From NCBI GenBank assembly GCA_028023455.1, contig JAQFVV010000006.1, forward strand, positions 3,658,001-3,722,000: a stretch of DNA of 64,000 nt, given 5' to 3'. The position numbers and the translations under genes are program-made. The notes beneath the pieces were generated by a model. It was not told the DNA's origin. It saw only the letters and a list, made by a program, of their open reading frames with translations, and ran no database searches. Source of the stretch: Epiperipatus broadwayi. Lineage: Eukaryota > Animalia > Onychophora. Shown here piece by piece: positions 1 through 11,864 of this stretch (positions are counted from its first letter, which is position 1; every line of letters starts with the position of its first letter).

Positions 1-589
1 ATAGTAATCCTCCGGATTCATTGAACATAGTTTTCTGTTACAATAATTTTCATTAAGGTCAAAGTGTTGGTTACTGCTTCTATTGGATATTCTAATTTTT
101 TTATTCTCTTATCTATATCTTTCATGCGACTTTTTTATATAAGAGCCCCAAGAGCTAGTTTGCTTTTCGATAATTAATAACACAATCATTACCATTTACT
201 GAGATTACATAGGAATCTTTTTCATTTATGTTACTTTTTACTAAAAATATTTTATATTTAGATCTTTACTTTTTTTTTTATAAAAAACTACATTCAAATA
301 CTTTAAAAAAAAAAAAAAAAAAATACTTCTAAAGTTTTGCATCTGTGCAAATATATATATATATATATATTTAACAACTCTTTAATTTTTTTAGCTTTTA
401 GTTTTAATTTACGAACTTAAGTTTTTATTTTAATTTTAAATTAATGTAATGGAATATTGTATATCGTTACAATATATATATATATATACCATCATTATTT
501 TCAACTATTATTAACTGTGAGATGATAATCTCCCCAAGATTAGTATTAGTGTTCTGGTTTGATGATGAAAGTTACTCTATTTCACACTA

Positions 590-1290
590 TTGCTATGTAT
601 CTCACATGTGATCTCTTCTAGATCTTTTACAATTTCCTGGAATCCAAATTTAGAATTCAACTGTTAATTCACAGTCACCCTTTCTATTAACATTTCCAGC
701 TCAACTCCAGTTCAGTATTTTAATTCTTTTAATGATGTCAGAGTTACCTAATACTCTTACCCATGTATTTTGTTTTGAGCCCCTTCATATTATCCAGAAC
801 ATACATCTCTCAATTATTGGTTATGTGGTCTGAAGTTTCCATATTTAAATTAATTGTCCAAGTCTTAGATCCATGCAAACAAATTGCTAAAATCCATCTA
901 ATAAAATTCTTAATTTTATTAATGATGTCAAAGATACGAAATTGATTTTGTTTTCATTTCTTCCTTATTATTTGTAACATACATGTCATTACACTTAATT
1001 ATGTGTTCTGAAGATTTCATGTTTCTCTTTTATTAAGTATCAAAGGCTTAGATCTATATATAAGAATAGGAAAACAGGTTTAATAAAACCCATCATACTT
1101 TCAATGATAGCTAAGTACCTAAAAGTTCTCTCATCCAGCTATTTCTTTTTAATCCCTTATTATTTATAATATATATCTCATTACACTTAAATATGTGGTC
1201 TGAAGTTTCCATTTTTCCCTTTTACTAACAGTTCATATTTTATAACTGTATATAAGAATTCAAAAAACATTACGTAATAACTGTTCAAAC
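590..1290 (-). repeat. Diverged ~180-190 bp tandem repeat, 3-4 copies
   Basis: Motif tatgtg(g/t)tctgaag(t/a)tt(t)ca recurs at 822, 1000 and 1192. The minus strand reads METSDHIFKC / MKSSEHIIKC, resembling the ETxxHxxxxC LINE zinc-finger, with many stops. Confidence 0.45.
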
Positions 1291-1757
1291 ACATAGCTAT
1301 ATTTAAATATAACTATTTTTTATTTTAAATGCTTTTATATTAACTTGTCCTCTCTGTATTTCTATCTGTATTGGTGACATTTTTGAAGTTTTAACAATGA
1401 AACAAATATGTTTTTGTTCAGAACTTGAATTCGCATCCATACCCCAAGAAAAATCATTAGCAACTAAGAGAATGAAAATATTACATTTCTACAATAAAAT
1501 TCATTGAAGTAAAAATAAATATATTTAATAAAAACATTCTATTTGTACAATAAAGTTTTTATTAATATTGATTTAACTCATATTTAATTAAATTAATGAA
1601 AATAAATATATTGTAATGGTATACATATATGCCATTACATCACTCTCGAATGAAAATAGAAAAAAAAACAATAAATAAAATGTATTTAAATTGATATAAA
1701 ATGTATAGATGGTAAACTGATTAAATAATTATTTAAAGTAGTAATAAGAAAAAGTTC

Positions 1758-1865
1758 ATCAAACATTGGTGGTCAAGAGGTCAGCGACAGCAGCTTTACA
1801 AGCAGTTGTCCCGGGTTAGTGGGTTCGCTTCCTGGCTGATGCTATGACACATGAGAAAAAAAAAA
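1758..1865 (+). mobile_element. tRNA-Gly-derived mini-SINE
   Basis: atcaa leader, tRNA-Gly-like body (CATTGGTGG...AAGCAGTTG...GGTTCG...), tail tgacacatga and poly(A). Homologous to copies at 8072, 12377, 40464 and 56403. Confidence 0.8.
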
Positions 1866-1989
1866 TTAAAAATCTAAAAACAAAAGATTATTTTAAGGAA
1901 GGTAACAATATAATGAAAACAATTTATTTTCTATTTTAAAGTTATTTTTAAACTATAGCAGGATGGAAAAGAATTTCTATTGAAAGGTA

Positions 1990-3510
1990 ATTGCAAACAG
2001 GCCCTTGGGGCATTTAACAGATTGTAAGCCAGATAAGAAAAATTAAAATTACTAGTGATCAGAAAATATTGGTATATTCCACTCTATTAAATCATATATT
2101 AAAAACTCTTTTCACTTTATTTCTGTTTTAAAAAGTTTTAAAGTTAATGCTAATGACATTCTGGTCAGTTTTGATGCCATGTCTTTGTTTACAAACATTC
2201 CTATTGATGAAGCTTTAAATGTAATCTCGCAATGCTGCAATTTACCAAACCATATTATTGCTTTGATTAAACATTGTCTCTTGAACACATATTTTGTGTA
2301 CAAGGGACAGCACTACAGACAAGTTTTTGGTACTCCTATGGGCTCACCTATCTCAGGAGTAATAGCTGATTTATTCATGGAAAACATAGAAACTCATGTT
2401 TTAGAATCATCATCTTTAAAACCTCTCATTTGGCTCAGATACATAGATGACACTTTTGTCATATGGCAACATGGAAAAAATAAATTAGATGATTTTTTCT
2501 TACATTTAAATAATATTCAGACTCATGGAAAATTCCCTTTTCACCAGAACACCAAATAGTTTATCTTTTTCGATTTACAGAAAGAATACACACATGGACA
2601 GATATTTATATTTCCATTCTCATTATCACCCAACTCAGATAGTTTCTGTAGCCAAAACTCTTTTAAATAGAGTAATTAACTTTTCAGATGAGTCACATGT
2701 GAAAGAAGAAATAAATCATATTAATAGTGTTTTATTAGCAAATAGTTATAATTATAAATATATTAAACAAGCCTTATTTCAAGCCCAAATGGACAAAATA
2801 GAAACAAAAAGATGATAAATCAGCTATTAAGATTTGTGTTCCGTATGTAAAATGAACTACATGCAGTATTGGATGTAACTTAAAATGCTATACTATAAAT
2901 ACAGCTTTTTTCTACTCATCAAAAGATCAGCAATATAATAACCGAACCTAAGGATTCAATCCGTCTTGAATCTCATGGTGTTTATCAAATCTCATGTGAA
3001 AATTGTAAAGCTTCTTACATAGGTATGAGTAATCATCGCATCAGTGTTAGGAGAGATGAGTATGCTAATGCAGTTAAACAACACTCATCATCAGCAGCAC
3101 TCTCACTCCATACTATAGAATCAGATCATAAAATTGATTTTTCTAGTACCAGGATCTTATCCAGATGTGATAATCTCTACCAGTGCAAAATCAGAGAAGC
3201 CATTGATATACTTAAAAGGCCAGATTGTATCAATAAGAGAGATGATACATGCAAACTTCCTCCTATTTAGAAAGATTTTTTTAAAAAAACATTCATAATT
3301 TTAACATTTTTGCTATTGGTGGAACTTTAACGTTTTTTCAAATCAGTGATTGTAGCGCCCCTATAACCGTCTTTCTACCTTTTACCACCCAACAGATGAC
3401 TTGTGTGATCAGGTTGAAACATCGGTATATAAATATTTAAATTTTCAATACGGATAAACCTGCAAAATATGTGTTTTATATATGCAACCCATGAAAATCT
3501 TCGTAGCAAC
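1990..3510 (+). mobile_element. Penelope-like element (PLE), 5'-truncated and frameshifted: RT, GIY-YIG endonuclease and 3' pLTR
   Basis: RT motifs LVSFDAMSLFTNIP, GTPMGSPISGVIADLFME and WLRYIDDTF (2130-2480); thumb IYRKNTHMDRYL; GIY-YIG GVYQISCENCKASYIG...KIREAIDI...IN (2975-3270). Stops and frameshifts split the ORF. Confidence 0.95.
3383..3427 (+). ncRNA. Degenerate hammerhead ribozyme in the PLE pLTR
   Basis: tacc..cagatga-cttg-tgtgat-cagg-tt-gaaa-catc-ggta. Stem I is tacc/ggta and the core is mutated. It lies just 3' of the PLE ORF, where PLE hammerheads normally sit. Confidence 0.55.
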
Positions 3511-3519
3511 ATATATATA

Positions 3520-4215
3520 TGAACTTAAAAAGTGTATTGAAATATATATATGAAGTTAAAATTGTATTATATATGAAGTTAAACTTACAATTTAAACTAT
3601 GTATGTCTTACTCACATGAAAGAGAGAGTGAACAGGATGTTTATAAAATGCATCCAGAGGGAGAGAGGTTAGTCTGACTTCTGGGCTGATCAATGTTTGT
3701 GATATGATTGAACTACACTGTGTGGTACCCAGATAAGAATAAAATTTGAATACATACATGTGACATCAATATAGATTTGATAATACTTTGGTCCAACACA
3801 TCTACATTCTCCATAACATCATCAGTGAAAAAAGAATGATTTGAATATAGAAATGCAACAAGCAATGTACAGACTATTTTTGTTGGGTAAGTTCTTAAGA
3901 GTGTACTTGGGCTAGAGATAATCTCTAGTTTAATGAATGATCAGTGGTAATCATTAACATAATTCTCTAAAGTGGCTTGTGGCAAAGTTGTGACTTCACG
4001 ACATTTGACACTTATAATCAAACTAAAATCAATTGCTGAAAATATGTGTAAGAGTTCGTGATCTGGGACAACTGATGAGTGCTGGTTTGGCACAAAATTC
4101 ATTTTGAGAATCATTTGTCTTTTTAATATGTCTTTAATCATATGTTTCATGTGATGAAATAGATGTTTGAAATGTATATAAAAGTATATATTTGAAGTTA
4201 AAAGTATAAACAACT
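3520..4215 (+). mobile_element. Old family B-related hammerhead element (B'), about one ~650-nt unit
   Basis: Core CTGATGA-GTGC...GCAC-AAAA at 4072-4096 (G12 lost). Homologous blocks occur at 40140-40770 in permuted order. The motif atatgaagttaaaa is present at both ends. Confidence 0.6.
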
Positions 4216-5066
4216 AATAATTGATTTGTAAATGCTGTTCTGTAATAGGATTATTACGAATCTGTTATTACTTGCTTAATAAACTGAAAGGAATTAAATA
4301 ATAATGGGTGTGTAATTTAGAAGCACCTTTATGATACCATATGTGAGTGCTCTTCTAGTGTTAGTATTTTTTACAGAAGTTTTTTAAACTATTAAAAATA
4401 CTTGAATGACATCACTGCATGTTTGATTACTGTATTTTTATTACAGCATTCATATTTAATCATAGATTAATTCATTTAAGATTTCAAAGCTATACTTATT
4501 ATTGTTACACTTCAATATCACAAGCTTATGCTTTCAAAAGTAATTCTCTTCATTCTACTCAAGAGACATCTTGTGTCAACTTGAGTAATCAATCACAATA
4601 GATAGTATAGTGCTGTAAAATTCTCAGCTGGTATTCACTGAATACTCAAGTTTGTAATATATGGCTTTAGGATAGGGCGAAGATAATTGTTTTTGAACTC
4701 ATACAAGTAAGCATCCGAAAGATCTGTAATATTCTTATTGGTAGTAATCTTTTTTATCAAAAGGAAAAATGACCATGCAGTTACTATAGAACTGAGGTGT
4801 CAAAATATATAAAAGCTGATATAATATCATATTTATATAGCCATGCAATTGAGACAGTCTGAGTTTAAGACTAAGATTTTTGTTAAATTCCAGATTTTCT
4901 AGTTTGAATAGGATAAAATAGTTGCTAAATACGTTGGTTCATTAGTTCCAGCTTTCAAATCCAGTTTTCACTGATAAAGGAAAAGTGAAAAACCTAGTTA
5001 GTCAAAGATGGGAATTTTGTAACAGTATATCATCTGATATCTGTTGATTACTCAAACTTTCAGTAG

Positions 5067-5276
5067 ATGGCAGGCACAAGATGGGCGAGAAAGGTAATGC
5101 AGTATGCAAAAGATTTGGATAAAGAATTTATATCAGTATATTTGTACAAAAGATGGGATGATTGTGTTAGGAGGATTGTTGAGTGTTATAGTGGTAAGGA
5201 ATGGGATAAAAGAATAGATTTATTAATAAAGAATAGGGAGTTAGAGAGATGGAGAATTAGTATGGAGAGTAAAAAG

Positions 5277-5319
<43 letters not shown>

Positions 5320-5336
5320 TAACTCACATCTAATAT

Positions 5337-5380
<44 letters not shown>

Positions 5381-5890
5381 TAAACAGAATATTAGATGTG
5401 AGTTAATGTATGATAATTGAGTTAATATATGATAATAGTAAGGAAAGTAGTTTATTGTTTAAGGCTCAAATGGGATCTTTAGCAACGAGAATATACATGT
5501 AAATGAAAAAATATGGGTGATTTAGTCTGTAAATTATGTAAGGAAGGAATAGAAAATATTAGGCATCTGTTAATTGAATGTAAATGCTTGATAGCAGAAA
5601 GAACACATATAATGAAGTTATGGAAGAATAAATATGAAAGAAGTGATTATACAGAAAGTGGATTATTGTTTTTTTATGCTGGGTTTGGGAAAAGATAAGG
5701 GGTATTTAGATATAAAGGTTATAGAGTTGACAAAGATTATGTTGTGGAAATGGGATGGAGCAGAATATGGGAAAACTTAGACTGGGGAATGGAAAATAAA
5801 GTGGCTAACAGGTTTCTCTGAGCATAATTGCTGAGAAATTTTTGACTTCGTTTAAGGAGAAGATACAGTACATCACACCACAGCACAACA
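5067..5890 (+). mobile_element. Non-LTR retrotransposon 3' fragment (C-terminal CCHC zinc finger), clade not determined
   Basis: Reads W..SMESKKSLY...DNSKESSLLFKAQMGSL...CKLCKEGIENIRHLLIEC and ends in a CAC/ACA-rich tail. Second copy at 13650-14006. Confidence 0.8.
5279..5408. repeat. (TA)n microsatellite with internal inverted duplication
   Basis: attaactcacatctaatattct (~5318) and its reverse complement agaatattagatgtgagttaat (~5387) flank a (TA)n run. Confidence 0.85.
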
Positions 5891-6380
5891 TTTTAATTAA
5901 TAATATTATTTCTATATATGTGAATCAACAATTCTTTATTATTTTTTTAGTTTATAAGCCACTCTCAATATTATTTTAATTTTTTTTATTCATTTTTTGC
6001 AGTTTTACTTAAAATGGCTTTAGGCTTTCTAGTGGTATTATATTTGTGAAATGAACATTTTCTTTGTAGAACTTTTTCATAAATGTATTATGGTTTTTCA
6101 TTTACCCACTATAGCTTTTGGCAACTAAGTTAAAAATAAATATATAACAGTATGATAGGAATTTTAGAAAGAGGTTTTTATTAACATATTTGTGTAAATG
6201 TAATAATGTCTTTAAACAAGTCTTGTTTAAATTTAATTTATTAATTTCTTTGATTTAATTAAAAAATCCATAAAGAAATGTATGACGGTTCTTAATAAAA
6301 TATGAAGTGTGTGTAAAATAAAATAAAAAATATTAATGGTTACATTGATATACTGCAATCTCTTCCCCCTAAAGCAAATG

Positions 6381-6806
6381 TAAAATTCTCCATACAATAG
6401 CGCCACCTAGTGCAAGTCAGAGTAATCATTAGAGACAAGAAGGTTTGTGCATAAAATTCCTATCTAGTATCTACTCATCCAGTATCCTTAGACTAGCTAC
6501 TGGCTTGTTACTTTGATCAGCAAGAATATTTGGATCTGAGAGTGCGGCACCTAGATTTGGGAATCTAAAGTAATCCTCTAGAAGCCACCTTTTGCGGATT
6601 ATTTAACTATAAAAGTATGAGTCTAAAATGAAAACACAATAATGTTTTCAATCCAAACTCATTCACTTGTTTAGTCATATAGAAGTGAACCCAGATTAGC
6701 ATCTATACATTTTGGTGTCTGGTTCATTAATAACCAGAGTTTTGCCTCAGTTTTAATGACTTGTATAAGCTTAAGAAATAATAATCATGTGACATTTAGT
6801 GGTTTA
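6381..6806 (-). mobile_element. Family A hammerhead element, degenerate (about one monomer plus inverted tail)
   Basis: Homologous along its length to 28380-29104. The hammerhead core at ~6485-6525 is mutated (CUGAUCA, GUAG). Confidence 0.8.
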
Positions 6807-8071
6807 CTTCTTTCCCCTCCATCATATTAACAGACTTTGTATTGGTTTATTATAACTGCATTTTTGTAGTTTTTTACTAATTGTTTCTGTTGTTGTCTTA
6901 ATGTTATACTTTTAAAATTAAATTGTATTGCAGGTGTATGTAGACAACATAGAGGTTGTTATTATACAGAGTTTGAGGTAATTATAGGAAGGCTTATAAT
7001 CAAAAATTGGAGATATAAATGACTACTGGATGTTTATACATGTTTATGTTATGGTAAAGTTTTCAGAAAAGATATGACAATATAGTTTTCAGTTTACACT
7101 ATGTAGCAGTTTTTATTATTACAGATGGCTTGGCTCACTTCACTTTTCAAAATTTTAAAGCAAAAGTAATTTAGTTTGAAAATAAATATATCAGTAGCAA
7201 TAATTAATGTCTAATGACAAAATGTATTTAGCAAATAAAAATTTTATATATTCTACAATGTGGATTAACCCTTTCATGAAAAGTTTCATGATTCTTCAGA
7301 ATGATCCTGCAGATTAAATTTACCAATCATGATCCACTGTATTTAGCACTGAGTGGATGGTATGCTGATAATTGTGTTGGAATTTTAGGATAAATATTTC
7401 TAAATTAATGATATATATATTATAGTTTTCATTTTTATTGTCAGATAGCAGGCATTATTAGGAAAAATTAAAGCTTTATAATTCAAAGTTAAATTGCAGA
7501 ATTCAAATTGCATAAAATGGCAGCACTTATTGACATTTTATTTATTAAGCAGAAATAATTTTGGAAATATTTTTTTTACTTTCAAAATAGTTTTCACTCA
7601 TTTGAAAGTTGTTTTTATATAACATATATAAAATATATTTGTTTTCATAATGACGTAATGCTTTTGCAAGAACTTAAATTGATATCATGGGAAAGAAGAA
7701 GAAAAAAGTTCAGTTTTTTTATTTATTCTAGCTAATCTAAATATGAGTGTCATTTTCTTATTACTTTTTTATTCATTTAGTTATCTTTAAAATTAATTAT
7801 AATAATAATTTTGTAAAAAAAAATGGTTTATTTGATAAAAAACTTTATTTCAAACTGAAAAGTTAAATATTTCCAAAGTGAGCATTGATTTATTTATACT
7901 ATTTTGGTCAAACAGCAGTTTAAATGGAAAGAAAGCTTTTAATTAACAAAATCTTCAAAATAATCAAGAATAAAAAGATACAAATAAACATGATCAAAAT
8001 TAAATGAACAATAAGATCAGTAAAATGACATTTTTGGAAATGTTAAAAACATATTTTAATACTACAAATGT

Positions 8072-8176
8072 AATCAAGCATTGGTGGTTGAGAGGTCAGC
8101 AACAGCTGATTTACAAGCAGTTGTCCTGGGTTAGTGGGTTCGCTTCCTGGATGATGCTATGACACATGAAAAAAAA
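8072..8176 (+). mobile_element. tRNA-Gly mini-SINE with 14-bp TSD
   Basis: TSD aatactacaaatgt at 8058-8071 and 8175-8188; poly(A) tail. Confidence 0.9.
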
Positions 8177-8659
8177 TACTACAAATGTGACAGTTTTCAT
8201 TAGAATAATAAATATATAAATCATAGTATCAAAATAGCAAATTAATACATACATGCCTACATAAATATGTTAATGTGAAGATTCTTATGGCTACAAATAT
8301 AAATGACATATGATGTGGGTTTATATGGTTATGATTCATAATACTTATGTTATCATATTTCAGAAGAGTTACAATGGCTGTCAACTGAGTAATGAAGGCT
8401 AATAGGAAAAATTGTAGATGACTACTAAGTATTGATGTATAACCAATGAAAAACAAGAACAGAAAAAAATTAAAATATAAAGATGTGGGTGGAATGATAA
8501 TAGACAAATTAACATTAGGAGCAATTCAAATTAATAGGTTTTATAATATATTTCATTTGGAAAAACTTTAAAAACCCTTTAATCTGAATAACTTTGGATT
8601 TTTTTTTTATCTATTATAGCTACATCCTCAACTTGTTATTTTAACAATTTTCTGTTTTT

Positions 8660-8900
8660 GTTTTCTGTTAGTTGGCTGCTGAAGGGTTACATTGGATGCT
8701 AAGATCTAGGTGCAGTGTTCTCAGATCCAAGGTTCCTCACTTATGAAAGCTACAAGCTAGAAACTAGTCTGGGTATATTAGATGAGTAGGCACTAGATAT
8801 GGATTTTATGCACAAGCTTTCTGGAATACACTGATTACTCTGACTTGCTCTGAGTGGCACTACTAGATGGAGAGTTTTGCATGTTTTAATAAGCTGCTCT
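8660..8900 (+). mobile_element. Family A hammerhead element, partial, core mutated
   Basis: ttcctca-CTTATGA-aagc tacaa gcta-GAAA-CTAG-TC-tgggta at 8734-8774 (G5 changed to U). Confidence 0.85.
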
Positions 8901-9483
8901 CTTGCTATACATAACTGCTTATAATGTTATAAAATTGTTTTTATAGCAGTATTTACTAATCAGTTCATGACTGATTAGATTCAGACAAAATGTTCATATG
9001 TAAGTACTGTTATTTTAGATAAATTATAATAAATAATAAAAATCATATACAATAGCTATGTAAATACATAGATTAATAATAAGTACACATAAAAATCTTT
9101 TTTTGATATGTGGTTTTATGCCCTTTCCAAATGTTAAGTATCTATGTTAATGTTAATCAACTATTTCAGATAGAACACCATCTAGTGTTCAATAATGAAC
9201 GTAAAATAATAATAATAACAAAATAAAACTTCCCTAAAATAAAATAAAATCTTCTTATAGAGATATAATATAACCTCAAAGAATTGACTATATAACATAA
9301 TAATATACAGAATAAATAATACATATCAATAACAAACTAAAATATCAGTGTTATAAAATAAATTTTTCACATAGCGATCCAATATAACTTCAAAAATTTG
9401 ACTATATAATATAACAATATACAGAATAAATAATACATATTATACACTTTGTATATATATTTATTTACACTGAGGCTAAATTA

Positions 9484-9765
9484 TCCATACAGTAGCACGA
9501 CTCAGTGCAAACAGAGTAATCAATGGATACAAGAAAGTTTGAACATAAAATCCCTACTCATCCAATATGAAAGCCACAAGCTAGAAACTAGTCTGGAGAT
9601 ATTGGATGAGTAGGGACTAGATAAAAGATTTTATGCACAAATTTTCATGTATCTATTGATTACTCTGGCTTGCAGTGAGAGACACTACCATATGGAGAGC
9701 TTAGCTTCTGTGCCAACAGCTTGTATAAGTATAAAGAATGGTGATCATGTGATTTTTAGTGGTTT
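9484..9765. mobile_element. Family A element, inverted pair
   Basis: The minus arm 9484-~9565 joins a plus arm that starts inside the hammerhead core (atgaaagcc...GAAACTAGTC) and ends at the gtgatcatgtga tail. Confidence 0.85.
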
Positions 9766-9819
9766 AGTTTTATTTATGTATAATATTTATCATACATAGA
9801 CACCAAATAATGTTGGCAA

Positions 9820-10320
9820 ATGGTAGAGATCATGAGGAATAAAAGAGAGGTCTGTGTTTCTGCACCGGAATAGAGTTGGAATATAGTTAAAATGATGAGA
9901 ATTGAGAGGATAAGATAAATTTCTGCAATGGTACAAAAATGGGACATGATATAGTTGATAAGGAATGAGAGGATGGGCTGAGATTCTGTGATGATGGATG
10001 GTTGTAATATGGTGGAGTTTATGAGGAATAGGATATTTGTCTATGTTGCTGCACTGGAAGATAGTTTGGATATGAAAAATGATGAGAATTGAGAGGGTGG
10101 GTCAAATTTCTGCTTAAGTAGATAGTTGTGACTTGGTGGAGTTGATAAGAAATGAGTGAGTGATCTATGTTTCTGCACTACTAGATGATTATGATATGGT
10201 TGGAGTTGATGAGGAATGAGTGGGTGAGCAGACTTTATGCATTAATGTAATTGATGAGGAATCAGAGAATGGGCTGAGTTTCTGCAAGGGTTGATAGTTG
10301 TGATAGAATTAAATTGGGGA
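9820..10320. repeat. Diverged ~62-63 bp minisatellite, about 8 copies
   Basis: Recurring gttgatgaggaatgag...tttctgca motif at ~62 bp spacing. Confidence 0.75.
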
Positions 10321-10424
10321 TCACAGATGAAAACCAAAAAAAAACATGAAAATATATCTTTAAAAAAAACAAACAACCCAAAATTGCAGAAGATTTACAA
10401 ATAGATTTAGTAAGTCTTATATCA

Positions 10425-11527
10425 GCAATATATATCAAGACTATAGCCTTAACACTATGCACCTAAATATGATAGTAGGGACCTCTAAAAATATTTATCA
10501 CAATATTAGTGACTTTAAGAGACAAAAGTGGCCACTCTTATCTTCAATCTACTTTTTAATTAATTAGGCGAATCTAAAGCAGGTTGAAAATAAGAATGGC
10601 TGCTCTTGTCTTTTAAAGTCATTAAGCTTGTGTTAAAGATTTGTAGAGGTTTAACACAAGATTAACATCTTTAAAAGACAAAAGCAGCCACTCTTATCTT
10701 CAATCTACTTTTTAATTATGTAGGTGAATCTAAAACAGGTTGAAAATAAGAATGGCTGCTCTTGTCTTTTAAAGTCATTAAGCTTGTGTTAAAGATTTGT
10801 AGAGGTTTAACACAAGATTAACATCTTTAAAAGACGAAAGCAGTCACTCTTATCTTCAATCTACTTTTTAATTATATAGGCAGATCTAAAGCAGGTTGAA
10901 AATAAGAATGGCTGCTCTTGTCTTTTAAAGTCATTAAGCTTGTGTTAAAGATTTGTAGAGGTTTAACACAAGATTAACATCTTTAAAAGACAAAAGGCCA
11001 CTCTTATCTTCAATCTACTTTTTAATTATATAGGCGAATCTAAAGCAGGTTGAAAATAAGAATGGCTGCTCTTGTCTTTTAAAGTCATTAAGCTTGTGTT
11101 AAAGATTTGTAGAGGTTTAACACACGATTAAAATCTTTAAAAGACGAAAGCAGCCACTCTTATCTTCAATCTACTTTTTAATTATATAGGCAAATCTAAA
11201 GCAGGTTGAAAATAAGAATGGCTGCTCTTGTCTTTTAAAGTTATTAAGCTTGTATTAAAGATTTGTAGAGGTTTAACACAAGATTAATATCTTTAAAAGA
11301 CAAAAGCAGCCACTCTTATCTTCAATCTACTTTTTAATTATATAGGCGAATCTAAAACAGGTTGAAAATAAGAGTGGTCGTTCTTGTTTTTTAAAGTCAT
11401 TAATCTTGTGTTAAAGATTTGTAGAGATCCCTACTATCGTATTTAGGCACATGGTCTTAAAATTATAGCCTTAATATATATTGCTTAGGTAATGAGTACA
11501 CACTTAACAAATTATTAGTTACAACTT
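10425..11527. mobile_element. Fold-back element (family D) with an internal 156-bp x ~6 tandem array and 14-bp TSD
   Basis: Unit marker ccactcttatc at 10532, 10688, 10844, 10998, 11154 and 11310. Each unit forms two hairpins. Inverted ends at 10425-10487 and 11422-11484. TSD taagtcttatatca at 10411-10424 and 11528-11541. Confidence 0.85.
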
Positions 11528-11721
11528 TAAGTCTTATATCATAAATAAATAGCAAAACCATTTCAATAGTTTTCTACATGTATTAAAAATAATTAGATAT
11601 TAATATTGATAAACAGAGCAAAACTCTCCATACAGTATTACCACCTGTGCTAAACAGAGTAATCAGTGGATGCCAGAAGGCTTGTGCATAAAATCCCTAT
11701 CTAATGCCTACTCATCCAATA

Positions 11722-11763
11722 TCCCCAGACTAGTTTCTGGCTTGTGGCCTTCGTCAGTGAGGA
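11722..11763 (-). ncRNA. Type I hammerhead ribozyme (family A), intact core
   Basis: Reverse complement reads UCCUCA-CUGACGA-AGGC CACAA GCCA-GAAA-CUAG-UC-UGGGGA. Confidence 0.85.
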
Positions 11764-11822
11764 GCTTTGGATCTGATGGCGTCAGTGAGGAGCTTTGGAT
11801 CTGATGGCATCAGATCCAAAGC

Positions 11823-11864
11823 TCCTCACTGACGAAGGCCACAAGCCAGAAACTAGTCTGGGGA
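11823..11864 (+). ncRNA. Type I hammerhead ribozyme (family A), intact core, predicted cleavage after C11858
   Basis: Stem I UCCUCA/UGGGGA, core CUGACGA and GAAA, stem II GGC/GCC, palindromic stem III ACUAGU, GUC triplet. Confidence 0.85.

Noticed and set aside
10510-11425. CRISPR-like appearance of the 156-bp and 56-bp arrays
   Set aside because: Eukaryotic context, whole units repeat with no unique spacers, and no cas genes.
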